Below, piece after piece: positions 50,483-58,833 of a stretch of 64,000 bases of DNA. Within the stretch, counting starts at the first letter, position 1. The number at the start of each line of letters is the position of its first letter. The translations under genes were made by a program, and so were the position numbers. Source of the stretch: an uncultured Gemmatimonadaceae bacterium (lineage in GTDB: Bacteria; Gemmatimonadota; Gemmatimonadetes; Gemmatimonadales; Gemmatimonadaceae). The notes under the pieces were generated by a model. It was given only the letters and a program-made list of their open reading frames with translations. It was not told the origin of the DNA and did no database searches. The stretch covers positions 960,001 through 1,024,000 of the forward strand of contig CAVXGK010000002.1 in NCBI GenBank assembly GCA_963761305.1, written 5' to 3'.

Positions 50483-51235
50483 CTACCTCCCCGCGTGCCT
50501 GCGTTCGCTGAACAGCGGCTCGTCGTCGCTGTCGAGAAACGCGACGATGTCGCCCGCCGGGGCCGACGGCGGCACGAGGTGGCCTTCGGCGGCCAGGCGC
50601 ACGAAAAAACTCACCGACGGCAGCCTCTCGCGCGACGACGTGCGAGCGGTCTCCTGCATCGGCGTATCGACGGTTCCGGGCTCGAATGAGAGAATTGCAA
50701 TGTCGGCGTGCGTGCCGCGGGCGCGCGCCGCTTCCTCTTCGGCGGCGAGCGCCATGCCGGCCATGCGGAGCCCGGCCTTGCTGGTGCAATAGGCGCCGAG
50801 TCCCGCGATTCCGCGCACCGCCGCCGCCGACGACACGTTGACGATGCGCAGCGGCGTCTCGGCCGGCGTGCGCCGCGCGACCTGACCCATCAGCCACGCC
50901 GGCGCGACGACGTTCGTCGCCAGAACGCCGGAAAAAGCCTCGGCCTCGGTGCGCGTGAGGGGTCCGAGAAATCCGGCGTGGGCAGCATTGTTGACCAGCG
51001 CCACGCGCGCCCATCGGGCCTCGCCGAACGCGGCGTCGAGGCGCGGCGCGACGATACGCGCGAGCAACGGCGTGTCTCCCAAATCGACCGACACGTGTTG
51101 ATAGTGCTCGTGCCGGATCTGCGGGTCGCGCCGCGCGAAGCCGACGACTCTCCAATCGCGCTCGAGCAGCTGGCGGGCGACGGCGTCCCCGAGGCCGGAC
51201 GATGTTCCGGTGACGAGCGCGATGCGGTTGGGCAT
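50483..51235 (-). CDS. Short-chain dehydrogenase/reductase (benzil/sepiapterin reductase-like)
   Basis: TGTSSGLG, NNAA, YCTSK, PGTVDTPMQ. Confidence 0.9.
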   Translation of the reverse strand: MPNRIALVTGTSSGLGDAVARQLLERDWRVVGFARRDPQIRHEHYQHVSVDLGDTPLLARIVAPRLDAAFGEARWARVALVNNAAHAGFLGPLTRTEAEAFSGVLATNVVAPAWLMGQVARRTPAETPLRIVNVSSAAAVRGIAGLGAYCTSKAGLRMAGMALAAEEEAARARGTHADIAILSFEPGTVDTPMQETARTSSRERLPSVSFFVRLAAEGHLVPPSAPAGDIVAFLDSDDEPLFSERRHAGR

Positions 51236-51334
51236 TTGATAGGACATTCTAACAGCCGTGTGGCCCAGCCCGCTCGGCTCGAGACGCGTCATTCGCCGTC
51301 GTACGTTCGGGCCTTCTCGCGCCCGGGAGCCAGC

Positions 51335-51650
51335 GTGCAACTCTTCGATAGAAGCGCGGTGGTCGCCGTATCGTTCGTGCTCCTCGCCGGACCACTCCCG
51401 GGCGTGTCTCGGACAATCGCGCCGTCGGCGACGGCCGACCCGGACGCCTGCTCGCTGCTCACCACGACCAGGTGAACGCGCCGTCGAGGCCAAGACGCAG
51501 CCCGGTCAACACCTGGTCGCGTCGAGCACCAAGCAATGCATCTGGTCCGACGCCGCCACGCCGATGGACGTCGCCAGCGAGGCTCCGTACCTGTACGTGA
51601 AGAAAGGCAATTCGTTCTTGTGCGTGCGCGACCGCACGCCGCCGCCATGA
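51335..51650 (+). pseudogene. Frameshifted/deleted remnant of a secreted protein gene
   Basis: Signal peptide + DPDACSLLTT then stop; continues in another frame as VEAKTQPGQHL..KQCIWSD..YLYVKKGN. Confidence 0.55.
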
Positions 51651-51657
51651 TTCCTAC

Positions 51658-51708
51658 TTGACGACCCTCGGCCTCTGTCGTACCCTACCTATGTAGAGAA
51701 CGACTTAG
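51658..51708 (+). promoter_or_regulatory. Promoter and putative PadR operator
   Basis: TTGACG-N17-TACCCT, then CTATGT-N8-ACTTAG imperfect palindrome. Confidence 0.55.
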
Positions 51709-51716
51709 AGGCCCGC

Positions 51717-52037
51717 ATGTCCGCTCCCTTCCGATTTACCTACCCCACGGCGATCGTCCTCCTTGCCGTGCACCGCGGCTTCCGCCACGGATTCGACATC
51801 ATCGACGCGTCGGGGCTCAAAAGCGGCACCGTCTACCCCATCCTGCGCCGCCTCGAGGAAGCGGGCATGCTCCGCGCGCGGTGGGAGTCGATCGCCGACG
51901 CGCGCGACGCGCAGCGACCGCCCCGCCGCTACTACCAGATCACCGGCGCCGGCGCGCAGGCGCTGCGCGATGCAAACGAGCGCTATCCGGGATTGGCCCG
52001 CACGTTGGCGCCTGGCGCCGCGCCGGCGGCCACATGA
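51717..52037 (+). CDS. PadR family transcriptional regulator
   Basis: HGFDI, SGTVYPILRRLE, PPRRYYQITG. Confidence 0.93.
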   Translation: MSAPFRFTYPTAIVLLAVHRGFRHGFDIIDASGLKSGTVYPILRRLEEAGMLRARWESIADARDAQRPPRRYYQITGAGAQALRDANERYPGLARTLAPGAAPAAT

Positions 52038-54706
52038 CCGCGCCGACCGCCAACCCCCCGGGTTCGACGCTCGTTCGCCTCGCCGCGCGCCTCCTGCCGG
52101 CGTCGCGCCGCGACGAGTGGATCGCCGAGTGGATTGCCGAGCTCGAATGGACGTGGCGAGGCGACCCGAACGCGGGGCAATCCGTCGGCGACGCGCTCCG
52201 ACTTCGGTTGCGCTGTCTCGGCGCGATGAGCGATGCGCTCTCGTTGCGGCGACGGCTGCACCGCGACGAGAGCGCGCGGTCCAACACACTGGCCGGCGAC
52301 GTCCGCTTCGCCGTGCGATCGCTGCGCCGCACGCCCGTGTTCACCGCAGTCGTGGTGTCCACGTTGGCACTGTGCATCGGCGCGACGACATCGGTGTTCA
52401 GCATCGTCGAGTCGTCGCTCCTCGACGGACCGGGCTATCGGAATCTCGACCAGCTCGTCGCCGTGTCGTCGGACAATCCCAAAGAGAACAACAACCACTA
52501 TCAGGTCTCCGTCGGCGACTATTACGACTGGCGAGCGCGCTCGCACGCGTTCGCGCGCCTCGCCGCGTTTTTCCCGACCTGGAACACGCTCTACTCGGCG
52601 CCCGATGGCGTCGAGCGGCTCGACGTCGGCGCCGTCTCGGCGAATCTACTGGGAACGCTCGGCACATCGCCGAGCCTCGGACGCGACTTCGCGGAGGGCG
52701 AAGACCGCCCCGGCGCGCCAGGCACCGTCATTCTCAGCCACGAGTTCTGGTCGCGCGAGCTTCAAGCCGATCCGCGCGTGCTCGGCAAGTCGCTCACGTT
52801 CGACGGCAAGCCGTACGTCGTGATCGGCGTGATGGACACGCGGTTCGTCTTTCCTGAATCGAAGGTCGACATTCTCCTGCCGCTCTCGGTGCTCGGCACG
52901 TACCTCGACCGTCGCGAAGTGCATCTGCTCTCGGTCGTCGGCCGGCTTCGCGACGGTATGTCGATCGACGCGGCGCGACGCGAGATGACGCCGATCGCCG
53001 CGCAGCTGCGTCAGGAGCACGCCAAGGAAGACGGCGGGCTCGGAGTGGCCGTTCGCCCGCTCGCTGACGATCTGCTCGGCGACGTGCGGCGCCCCATTCT
53101 CGTGCTCTTCGGCGCGGTGTGCGCCGTACTGTTCATCGGCTGCGCGAACGTGACGAATCTCATGTTCGGCCGCGCGTGGGGCAGGCGCCAGGAGCTTGCG
53201 GTACGCACGGCGATGGGCGCACAGCCGGCCGCGATCGTGCAACAGCTCCTCGTGGAGAGCGCCGTGATCGCGCTCGGAGCGGCGGTGCTCGGCGTGGGCC
53301 TCGCGATCGCCGCCACGCACACGCTCTCGAATGTCCTGCCCGTGCCGATCACGCATTTCGGACCAGTCGCCATCGACGGGCCGGTGCTCGGGTTCACACT
53401 GGCGGTCAGCGTCGCTGTGACGCTGGTGTGCGGCACGGCTCCGGCGATCGGCGCGGCGCGGAAGACGATGCGGCGAACGCTCGCCGATTCGACGCGCGCA
53501 TCGCATGGCCGCGGCGCGCGACGCGTGTACCGCGCGCTGGTCGTCGGCGAATTGGTCCTCGCCCTCGTGCTCACGGTCGGGGCCGGGCTGCTCATCAATA
53601 GCTTCGCGCGGTTGTCCGGCGTCAACGCGGGATTTCGGCGCGATCACGTGGCACGGCTGAAGGTCGCGCTCCCGTCCGTGGCCTATGCGGCCCCCTCGGC
53701 GCGCTTCCGCTACTATCAGAATTTGCTCGAGCAGATCCGCGCGCTGCCGGGTGTGCGCGACGCCGGATTCATCAATCGCTTTCCACTGCACGACGGCAAC
53801 GTGACGACGGCGATCGTCGTGGACGGCGATCCCGCTCCGCCGCCGGGTACGGGCCCGAGCGCCGATTATCGCATCGCGAGCGTCGGCTACTTTGGCGCGA
53901 TGGGCATTCCACTGCGCGCCGGGCGCGATTTTGCGGCGACCGACAACACCGACTCGACGTCGCGGGCCGTCGCCATCGTCAACGAAACCGCGGCAAGGAC
54001 GATCCTTCACTCGCCGAATCCGGTCGGCCGGCGCGTCGGCCTCGGCGGCAGCAGCCGTCCGCTGTTCACGATCATCGGCGTCGTGGCAGACGTGCATGAT
54101 CCGTCGCTCCGTGCGGCGCCCCGGCCGCAGATCTTTCTCACCGTGCAGCAAGCGCCGCAGAGTGGCGGCAATCTCGTCGTCCACTACACCGGGGCCGCGG
54201 GCCCGATCGTGACGGACGTGCGGCGCATCGTGCGGTCGATCGACAACTCGGTTCCGCTGTTCGATGTGCAGACCGTCGACGAAGTGTTGGACCAGGCGAA
54301 CGTCGGCGATCGATTCACGATGCTGGTCCTCTCCGGCTTTTCGCTTCTCGCGCTCCTGCTGGCGGCACTCGGCACGTACAGCGTGATGGCGTCCGGAGTC
54401 GCCGAACGGACGCGCGAGATCGGCGTGCGGATCGCGCTCGGCGCGCGCGCGCAGGACGTGCTGGCGATGGTGCTGGGCGAAGGCGCGGTGCTCTTCGCGA
54501 TCGCACTTCCGATCGCGCTCGCCGGCGTATGGGCCGCGACCCGCGCCCTTCAGAGTTTGCTGTTCGGCGTGGCGCCGACCGATCCGGGGACCATCGCACT
54601 CGCGGCACTCGCGCTGGCGGCGGCGACCGCCGTGGCGTGCTATCTCCCGGCGCGCCGCGCGGCGAGCGTCGATCCGACGACGGCGATCCGCGGCGGCGAC
54701 ACGTAG
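52034..54706 (+). CDS. ADOP-type duplicated MacB/FtsX permease with N-terminal prefix domain
   Basis: ATGA-coupled to PadR; DVRFAVRSL, FIGCANVTNL, REIGVRIALGA; no ATPase. Confidence 0.92.
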   Translation: MTAPTANPPGSTLVRLAARLLPASRRDEWIAEWIAELEWTWRGDPNAGQSVGDALRLRLRCLGAMSDALSLRRRLHRDESARSNTLAGDVRFAVRSLRRTPVFTAVVVSTLALCIGATTSVFSIVESSLLDGPGYRNLDQLVAVSSDNPKENNNHYQVSVGDYYDWRARSHAFARLAAFFPTWNTLYSAPDGVERLDVGAVSANLLGTLGTSPSLGRDFAEGEDRPGAPGTVILSHEFWSRELQADPRVLGKSLTFDGKPYVVIGVMDTRFVFPESKVDILLPLSVLGTYLDRREVHLLSVVGRLRDGMSIDAARREMTPIAAQLRQEHAKEDGGLGVAVRPLADDLLGDVRRPILVLFGAVCAVLFIGCANVTNLMFGRAWGRRQELAVRTAMGAQPAAIVQQLLVESAVIALGAAVLGVGLAIAATHTLSNVLPVPITHFGPVAIDGPVLGFTLAVSVAVTLVCGTAPAIGAARKTMRRTLADSTRASHGRGARRVYRALVVGELVLALVLTVGAGLLINSFARLSGVNAGFRRDHVARLKVALPSVAYAAPSARFRYYQNLLEQIRALPGVRDAGFINRFPLHDGNVTTAIVVDGDPAPPPGTGPSADYRIASVGYFGAMGIPLRAGRDFAATDNTDSTSRAVAIVNETAARTILHSPNPVGRRVGLGGSSRPLFTIIGVVADVHDPSLRAAPRPQIFLTVQQAPQSGGNLVVHYTGAAGPIVTDVRRIVRSIDNSVPLFDVQTVDEVLDQANVGDRFTMLVLSGFSLLALLLAALGTYSVMASGVAERTREIGVRIALGARAQDVLAMVLGEGAVLFAIALPIALAGVWAATRALQSLLFGVAPTDPGTIALAALALAAATAVACYLPARRAASVDPTTAIRGGDT

Positions 54707-54709
54707 CTG

Positions 54710-56476
54710 CTAGAGCGGCTCGAGACTCTTGGAGCGGAAGATGACCTGCCAGTCGATCAACTCGGAGGCCATCATGTCGGCGAACTGCGCCGCGCTCTCG
54801 CCGACCTGATCGGAATCGAGGGGCAGGCTCTCGTTCTCGACGCGGACGCGCAATTGCGCCAGACGCGCGGCCATGGCGCTCGACCGGCGGTGCATTCGCC
54901 CGAATTCCGCTTGTCCGGCGATGCCGGCGAATGCCGCGCCGAGGGCGGGCAGCAGCGCGGCGGCGACGACCAGCCACGCGTTGCCCCACCGCGCCGCGTC
55001 GTGCAGCGACTCGGCCAGTACCCACGGCGACAGGTGCTCGTGCTGGAGACGCCGGTAGTCGTACGCGAGATGGAGCGTGCACACGATGAGCGTCGCCCCG
55101 AACAACAACTTGGTGAGGCGATGGATGCGATGCTCCAGGCGTTCGCTTCGGTCGGCGTTGACGGTGTGGTACGCGACCTGTGAGACGATGCGCGGCGCCA
55201 ACCACTGGTCGCGATACGCTCTCAGATACGGCCGGTCGATCGTGACCGGCGGCAGCGCGGCCTCGCGAAGTCGCGCGCGAAAGAGCCAGTTCACCCAATC
55301 GTGCGTGGCGTCGGCGTCTTCGTGATACGGCGGCGTGTGAAACGACGGCAAGCTGCGCCCGATCGGCCAAAGCAACTCGCCGTGACTCAGTTGTTGGGCC
55401 AGCAGCCGATAGTGAAGCCAGCGCTTGTGCCAGCGGTGCCGGCGCTCCCACACGATGAGTCCGAGCACCCACAGAATCGTCGCGAGCTCGAGCCAAGTCG
55501 CCCACGACGAGATGTAGCCGAACATCGCGCACGCCACGGCGAAGACGCCGAATAGGTACACGCCGACGAACGAGTCGCGATATCGGCCGGCGTACCGGTT
55601 CGCCAGATCGTCGGCCCGTACGCGCTCCGCTTCCACCGGCGACAGGGGTAGCGGTCCGTTCGGATCGGGCGCCGTCTCGCGCCATGCAGCCTTCTTGCGC
55701 GGACGCACGAGGGGTTCGGTGAACGCCCGGTACAGTCCTCGCCAAAGCCGCCGACCCGGCCCCTGATCCTGCCAGTACGCGCCGCGCATCACACCCTCCG
55801 GATCGTCCGGCACGTCGAGCAGCCGTTTGATCTCTCGCGGCAGGACGTCGAGCGACTGCGTGGCTCCCATGCTCTCCGCCCCGGCGGAGATGACGGAACA
55901 CGTATTAGGGGATTTCGATGAAATCCAGATGACCGGAATCCCGAGCGCGACCGCGCCCACCACGACCTCGCCCGTTCCGCCGCGGCCGTTCGCGGCCTCG
56001 CCGTCCCAGATGGCGAGGAGCACGTCGGTGTGCCCCAGGAGAATGCGGCCGACGCGCGCATACGGCAGCGCGCCCGTCGAGTGGTCTCCGTCCAATTCGA
56101 GCACCGAGCGCGCGCGGCGAATGAGCCGGTCGAACCCCGACGTGTCGGCGAAGTCCTTCTTGTATTCGTCGCGCGCAAACGGCAGCGGCGCGTCGAGCTC
56201 GTACCCCAGCTCGAGTCCGACATCGGCGATCAGCTGATCGGCGCCTTCGGCCAGCGCGGACACGAGCACGAGTCGCGGCGGATCGGCCGAGTAGTCACCC
56301 TGCCCCGCGCCCGCGATCTCACGTGCATGCTCGGCGATTTTGCGAAGCGCCAGCCGCACCGAGTTGCACAACGCGGTCTTGTCGACGGGCTCCAGCGCCT
56401 TGGCGCGATGCCCCGTCGCTCCGACCCTCAACGTGATGCGCGGCCGCGGCGGCGCGGCGACTGGCGGTGGCGTCAA
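54710..56476 (-). CDS. SLOG-superfamily domain fused to two 2TM SLATT/DUF4231-like effector domains
   Basis: VGATGHR, SALAEGAD, PLPF, LAIWDG..GRGGT, GIPVIWI; four TM helices in two pairs with ADDLA..Y / WLHYRLLA and QVAYH / LPALGAA motifs. Confidence 0.8.
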   Translation of the reverse strand: MTPPPVAAPPRPRITLRVGATGHRAKALEPVDKTALCNSVRLALRKIAEHAREIAGAGQGDYSADPPRLVLVSALAEGADQLIADVGLELGYELDAPLPFARDEYKKDFADTSGFDRLIRRARSVLELDGDHSTGALPYARVGRILLGHTDVLLAIWDGEAANGRGGTGEVVVGAVALGIPVIWISSKSPNTCSVISAGAESMGATQSLDVLPREIKRLLDVPDDPEGVMRGAYWQDQGPGRRLWRGLYRAFTEPLVRPRKKAAWRETAPDPNGPLPLSPVEAERVRADDLANRYAGRYRDSFVGVYLFGVFAVACAMFGYISSWATWLELATILWVLGLIVWERRHRWHKRWLHYRLLAQQLSHGELLWPIGRSLPSFHTPPYHEDADATHDWVNWLFRARLREAALPPVTIDRPYLRAYRDQWLAPRIVSQVAYHTVNADRSERLEHRIHRLTKLLFGATLIVCTLHLAYDYRRLQHEHLSPWVLAESLHDAARWGNAWLVVAAALLPALGAAFAGIAGQAEFGRMHRRSSAMAARLAQLRVRVENESLPLDSDQVGESAAQFADMMASELIDWQVIFRSKSLEPL

Positions 56477-56664
56477 GTCCAGGCTGACCGTGTGAGATCC
56501 GATTCCACTGAGCGTTCAAAGGTCCGCCCGCCCGGGTGGTTTCGCCAGACGCCCGCGCCTCTGCACACGAGTCGCGCGTGACTGGCGGGTCGGACCGCCG
56601 ATTGGTAGCTTCGGCCCGCAAGAGGAGTGGCTTCCCCCCTCGCTCCTACTCGCCCAAAACTCGC

Positions 56665-57405
56665 TTGCCTCATCTCCCCAGGCCACTCGTCACGTTGGCC
56701 GCGGCAACGATTGCGCTGACGGTGATCGGCTCCGGCTGCACATTTCCCGACCCGCCGAGTCAATCGGGCTTTGTCGCGCTCACGATTCAGACGCACTTGG
56801 ACAGCGCCGGCGCCGTCCTCGTCGACACCGCCGATGGGACGCGCACCGTCACGATCGACGCGGCGCTCGACACGATCCAGGCGCCGCTGAGCGCCACGGT
56901 GAGCTTCACCAGCACCGCCGGCACATTGCTTCCCGTGTCGCAAAGCGGCGCCGTCACGGTTCCGGTCGATGCGAGCGGGCACGCGCGCGTGCAACTGCGT
57001 GCACCCTCGGACACCGCGCGCTCGGACATCACGGCCACGGCGGCCGGCATCACCCGGTCGGTGACGGTCACGTGGCTTCCGGCTCCAGCGACGGTCGTGC
57101 AGGTGCAGCCGCAATCGCCAGTGCTGTCCACCGGCTCGAGCCACACGATGACGCTCAACGTCACGCTGCTGCGCACCATCGGCGCGCCGAGTCCGGGATC
57201 GCTGGTTTTCTTCAAGGCGGTCGACACGCTCGGGCAAACGCTCGGGCGCTTCAGCGCCGATTCTCTAATCGCAACGACACCGGCCGTCTCGGTGTCGTAC
57301 ACGGCGGGCGACGGCCCGTATCTCGGACCGGTGACGCTTCGCGTGCGGGCCGCGCGCGGCACGCAGAGCGTCACCGGCACCGGTTCGGTTCTCATCACCA
57401 AATAG
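56665..57405 (+). CDS. Lipoprotein with bacterial Ig-like (invasin/Big-type) domains
   Basis: Hydrophobic leader + GSGC; VSFTSTAG, VDASGHARVQL, ITATAAG; start uncertain (ORF opens at 56536). Confidence 0.7.
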   Translation: MPHLPRPLVTLAAATIALTVIGSGCTFPDPPSQSGFVALTIQTHLDSAGAVLVDTADGTRTVTIDAALDTIQAPLSATVSFTSTAGTLLPVSQSGAVTVPVDASGHARVQLRAPSDTARSDITATAAGITRSVTVTWLPAPATVVQVQPQSPVLSTGSSHTMTLNVTLLRTIGAPSPGSLVFFKAVDTLGQTLGRFSADSLIATTPAVSVSYTAGDGPYLGPVTLRVRAARGTQSVTGTGSVLITK

Positions 57406-57408
57406 CCG

Positions 57409-58823
57409 ATGAATCCGTTCCGCACTCTTTCGCTGCACGATACTCGCGCGCGTGCGTGGGTGGCGGCGACCCTGCTCATGCTCGGCGGCGCCGCCGCGGC
57501 GCGCGCGCAGTCGGTCGGGTCGTCGACTCCCTGTGGTCTCGACCCGGCACCCGTGGCGGAATCAGACCGGCTGCCCGAGTTCGCGGTGCGCCAGCTCGCT
57601 CCGCGCGACGTGCGCGAGCTCCGCTCCGCGCTGAAAACGAGTGTTGGACGCGCGCACTCGGCACGTTCTACAGCGTGTTCCGCCCCGATCTTCCCGACTG
57701 GATCGTCTACATCGACTCGTCGGGCGTGATTCACCAAACGTTCCTTCACGGACGCGACGTCGACTCCACGTCGCGAGTGCTGTACGGCGAGCGGTACATC
57801 TGGGCCTCGATCTTCAGCGACCGGCCGATGCACGACGTGTTGACGCCGGAGGAGGATCGCGCGCTGCGGGCCGACCTGGCCGGTTCGCCGGCGCCGCGGC
57901 CGTTCGCCCCCGACGCACCCGCCGCACGCGTGTGTAGCACCGCCGGCGGCGTGGCCACCGGAGTCGGAGGAGGACCGGGCGGCGCTGGGGGCGGGAGCGG
58001 AGGCGGTGGTGGCGGCGGAAATGGGGCGGCCAATGCGGCGGCGAGCGCGCGAGCGACGGTGCTGTCGTCGGATACGTCGGATCTTCGATTCTCCCGCCGG
58101 CTGATCGCCTATCATCGCGATCCGGTCGTGTCGCTGCTGATCAAGGGTCTCACGAAGCTCGTCGGCGTGGATCCTGGGAGCGACCCCGCCGCCGCCGATT
58201 CGACGCGCCTCGTCGAGTTGCAGGAGGTGTCCGCGGATACGACGGCAGACCGGATGTATGCCGGCTTCGGCCGGTTCGGCCTCATCGAGAACGCGCAGGT
58301 GGAGCTGTCGCTGGCGCCGGTGCGTTGCAAGGCCTTCCCCGCCGCGCGCCGCGCCACCGACGCGCCGACCGCCGATTCGCTCGGCCGGATAGACTTCATT
58401 TATGCTGATTTCGTGAATGCGAAGCATCGCATGTTCGACCTGGCGGTGCTCACTGGCGTCACCTGGGGCGGCCGGATCCCGACATACAACAGCAACCTGC
58501 AGATCACGAGCGAAACGCCGCGGCTGTCCGCCAACGCGTATCTGACCGTCGTGTACAACATGGTCAACCTCGGATTTCTCGACGGACACTTCGCGCAGAG
58601 TCCGTTCTGGCAGCAACGTCCGTTGGGCATCTTCGCCGGAACGAACGTCGCCCGCGGCAGCCTGGCCGACGAGCTGGTCGCCGGCGGCGTGATCGGCGAT
58701 TTGCTCGGCAACGCCGGCATCGCGGTCGGTTGCTCGTGGGTCAACGCGCCGCACGTCGAAGACGGTCACACGGTCGGCCGCATGCAGCGCCGGCTGCTCG
58801 CCGGCTTCGATCTCCGCCTCTAG
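57409..58823 (+). CDS. Secreted/outer-membrane hypothetical protein (frameshift near 57633)
   Basis: Signal peptide ..AAARAQ in ORF 57409; continues ENECWTRALG.. in ORF 57072..58823; Gly-rich insert; C-terminal strands ending AGFDLRL. Confidence 0.65.
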
Positions 58824-58833
58824 CTCGCGGCGC

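Noticed and set aside
56570..56640. GTGACTGGCG resembling the ZTP (pfl) riboswitch core
   Set aside because: The downstream GTGG/CCAC stem and CGCCTGGGC pseudoknot strand are absent, and the gene context is unrelated
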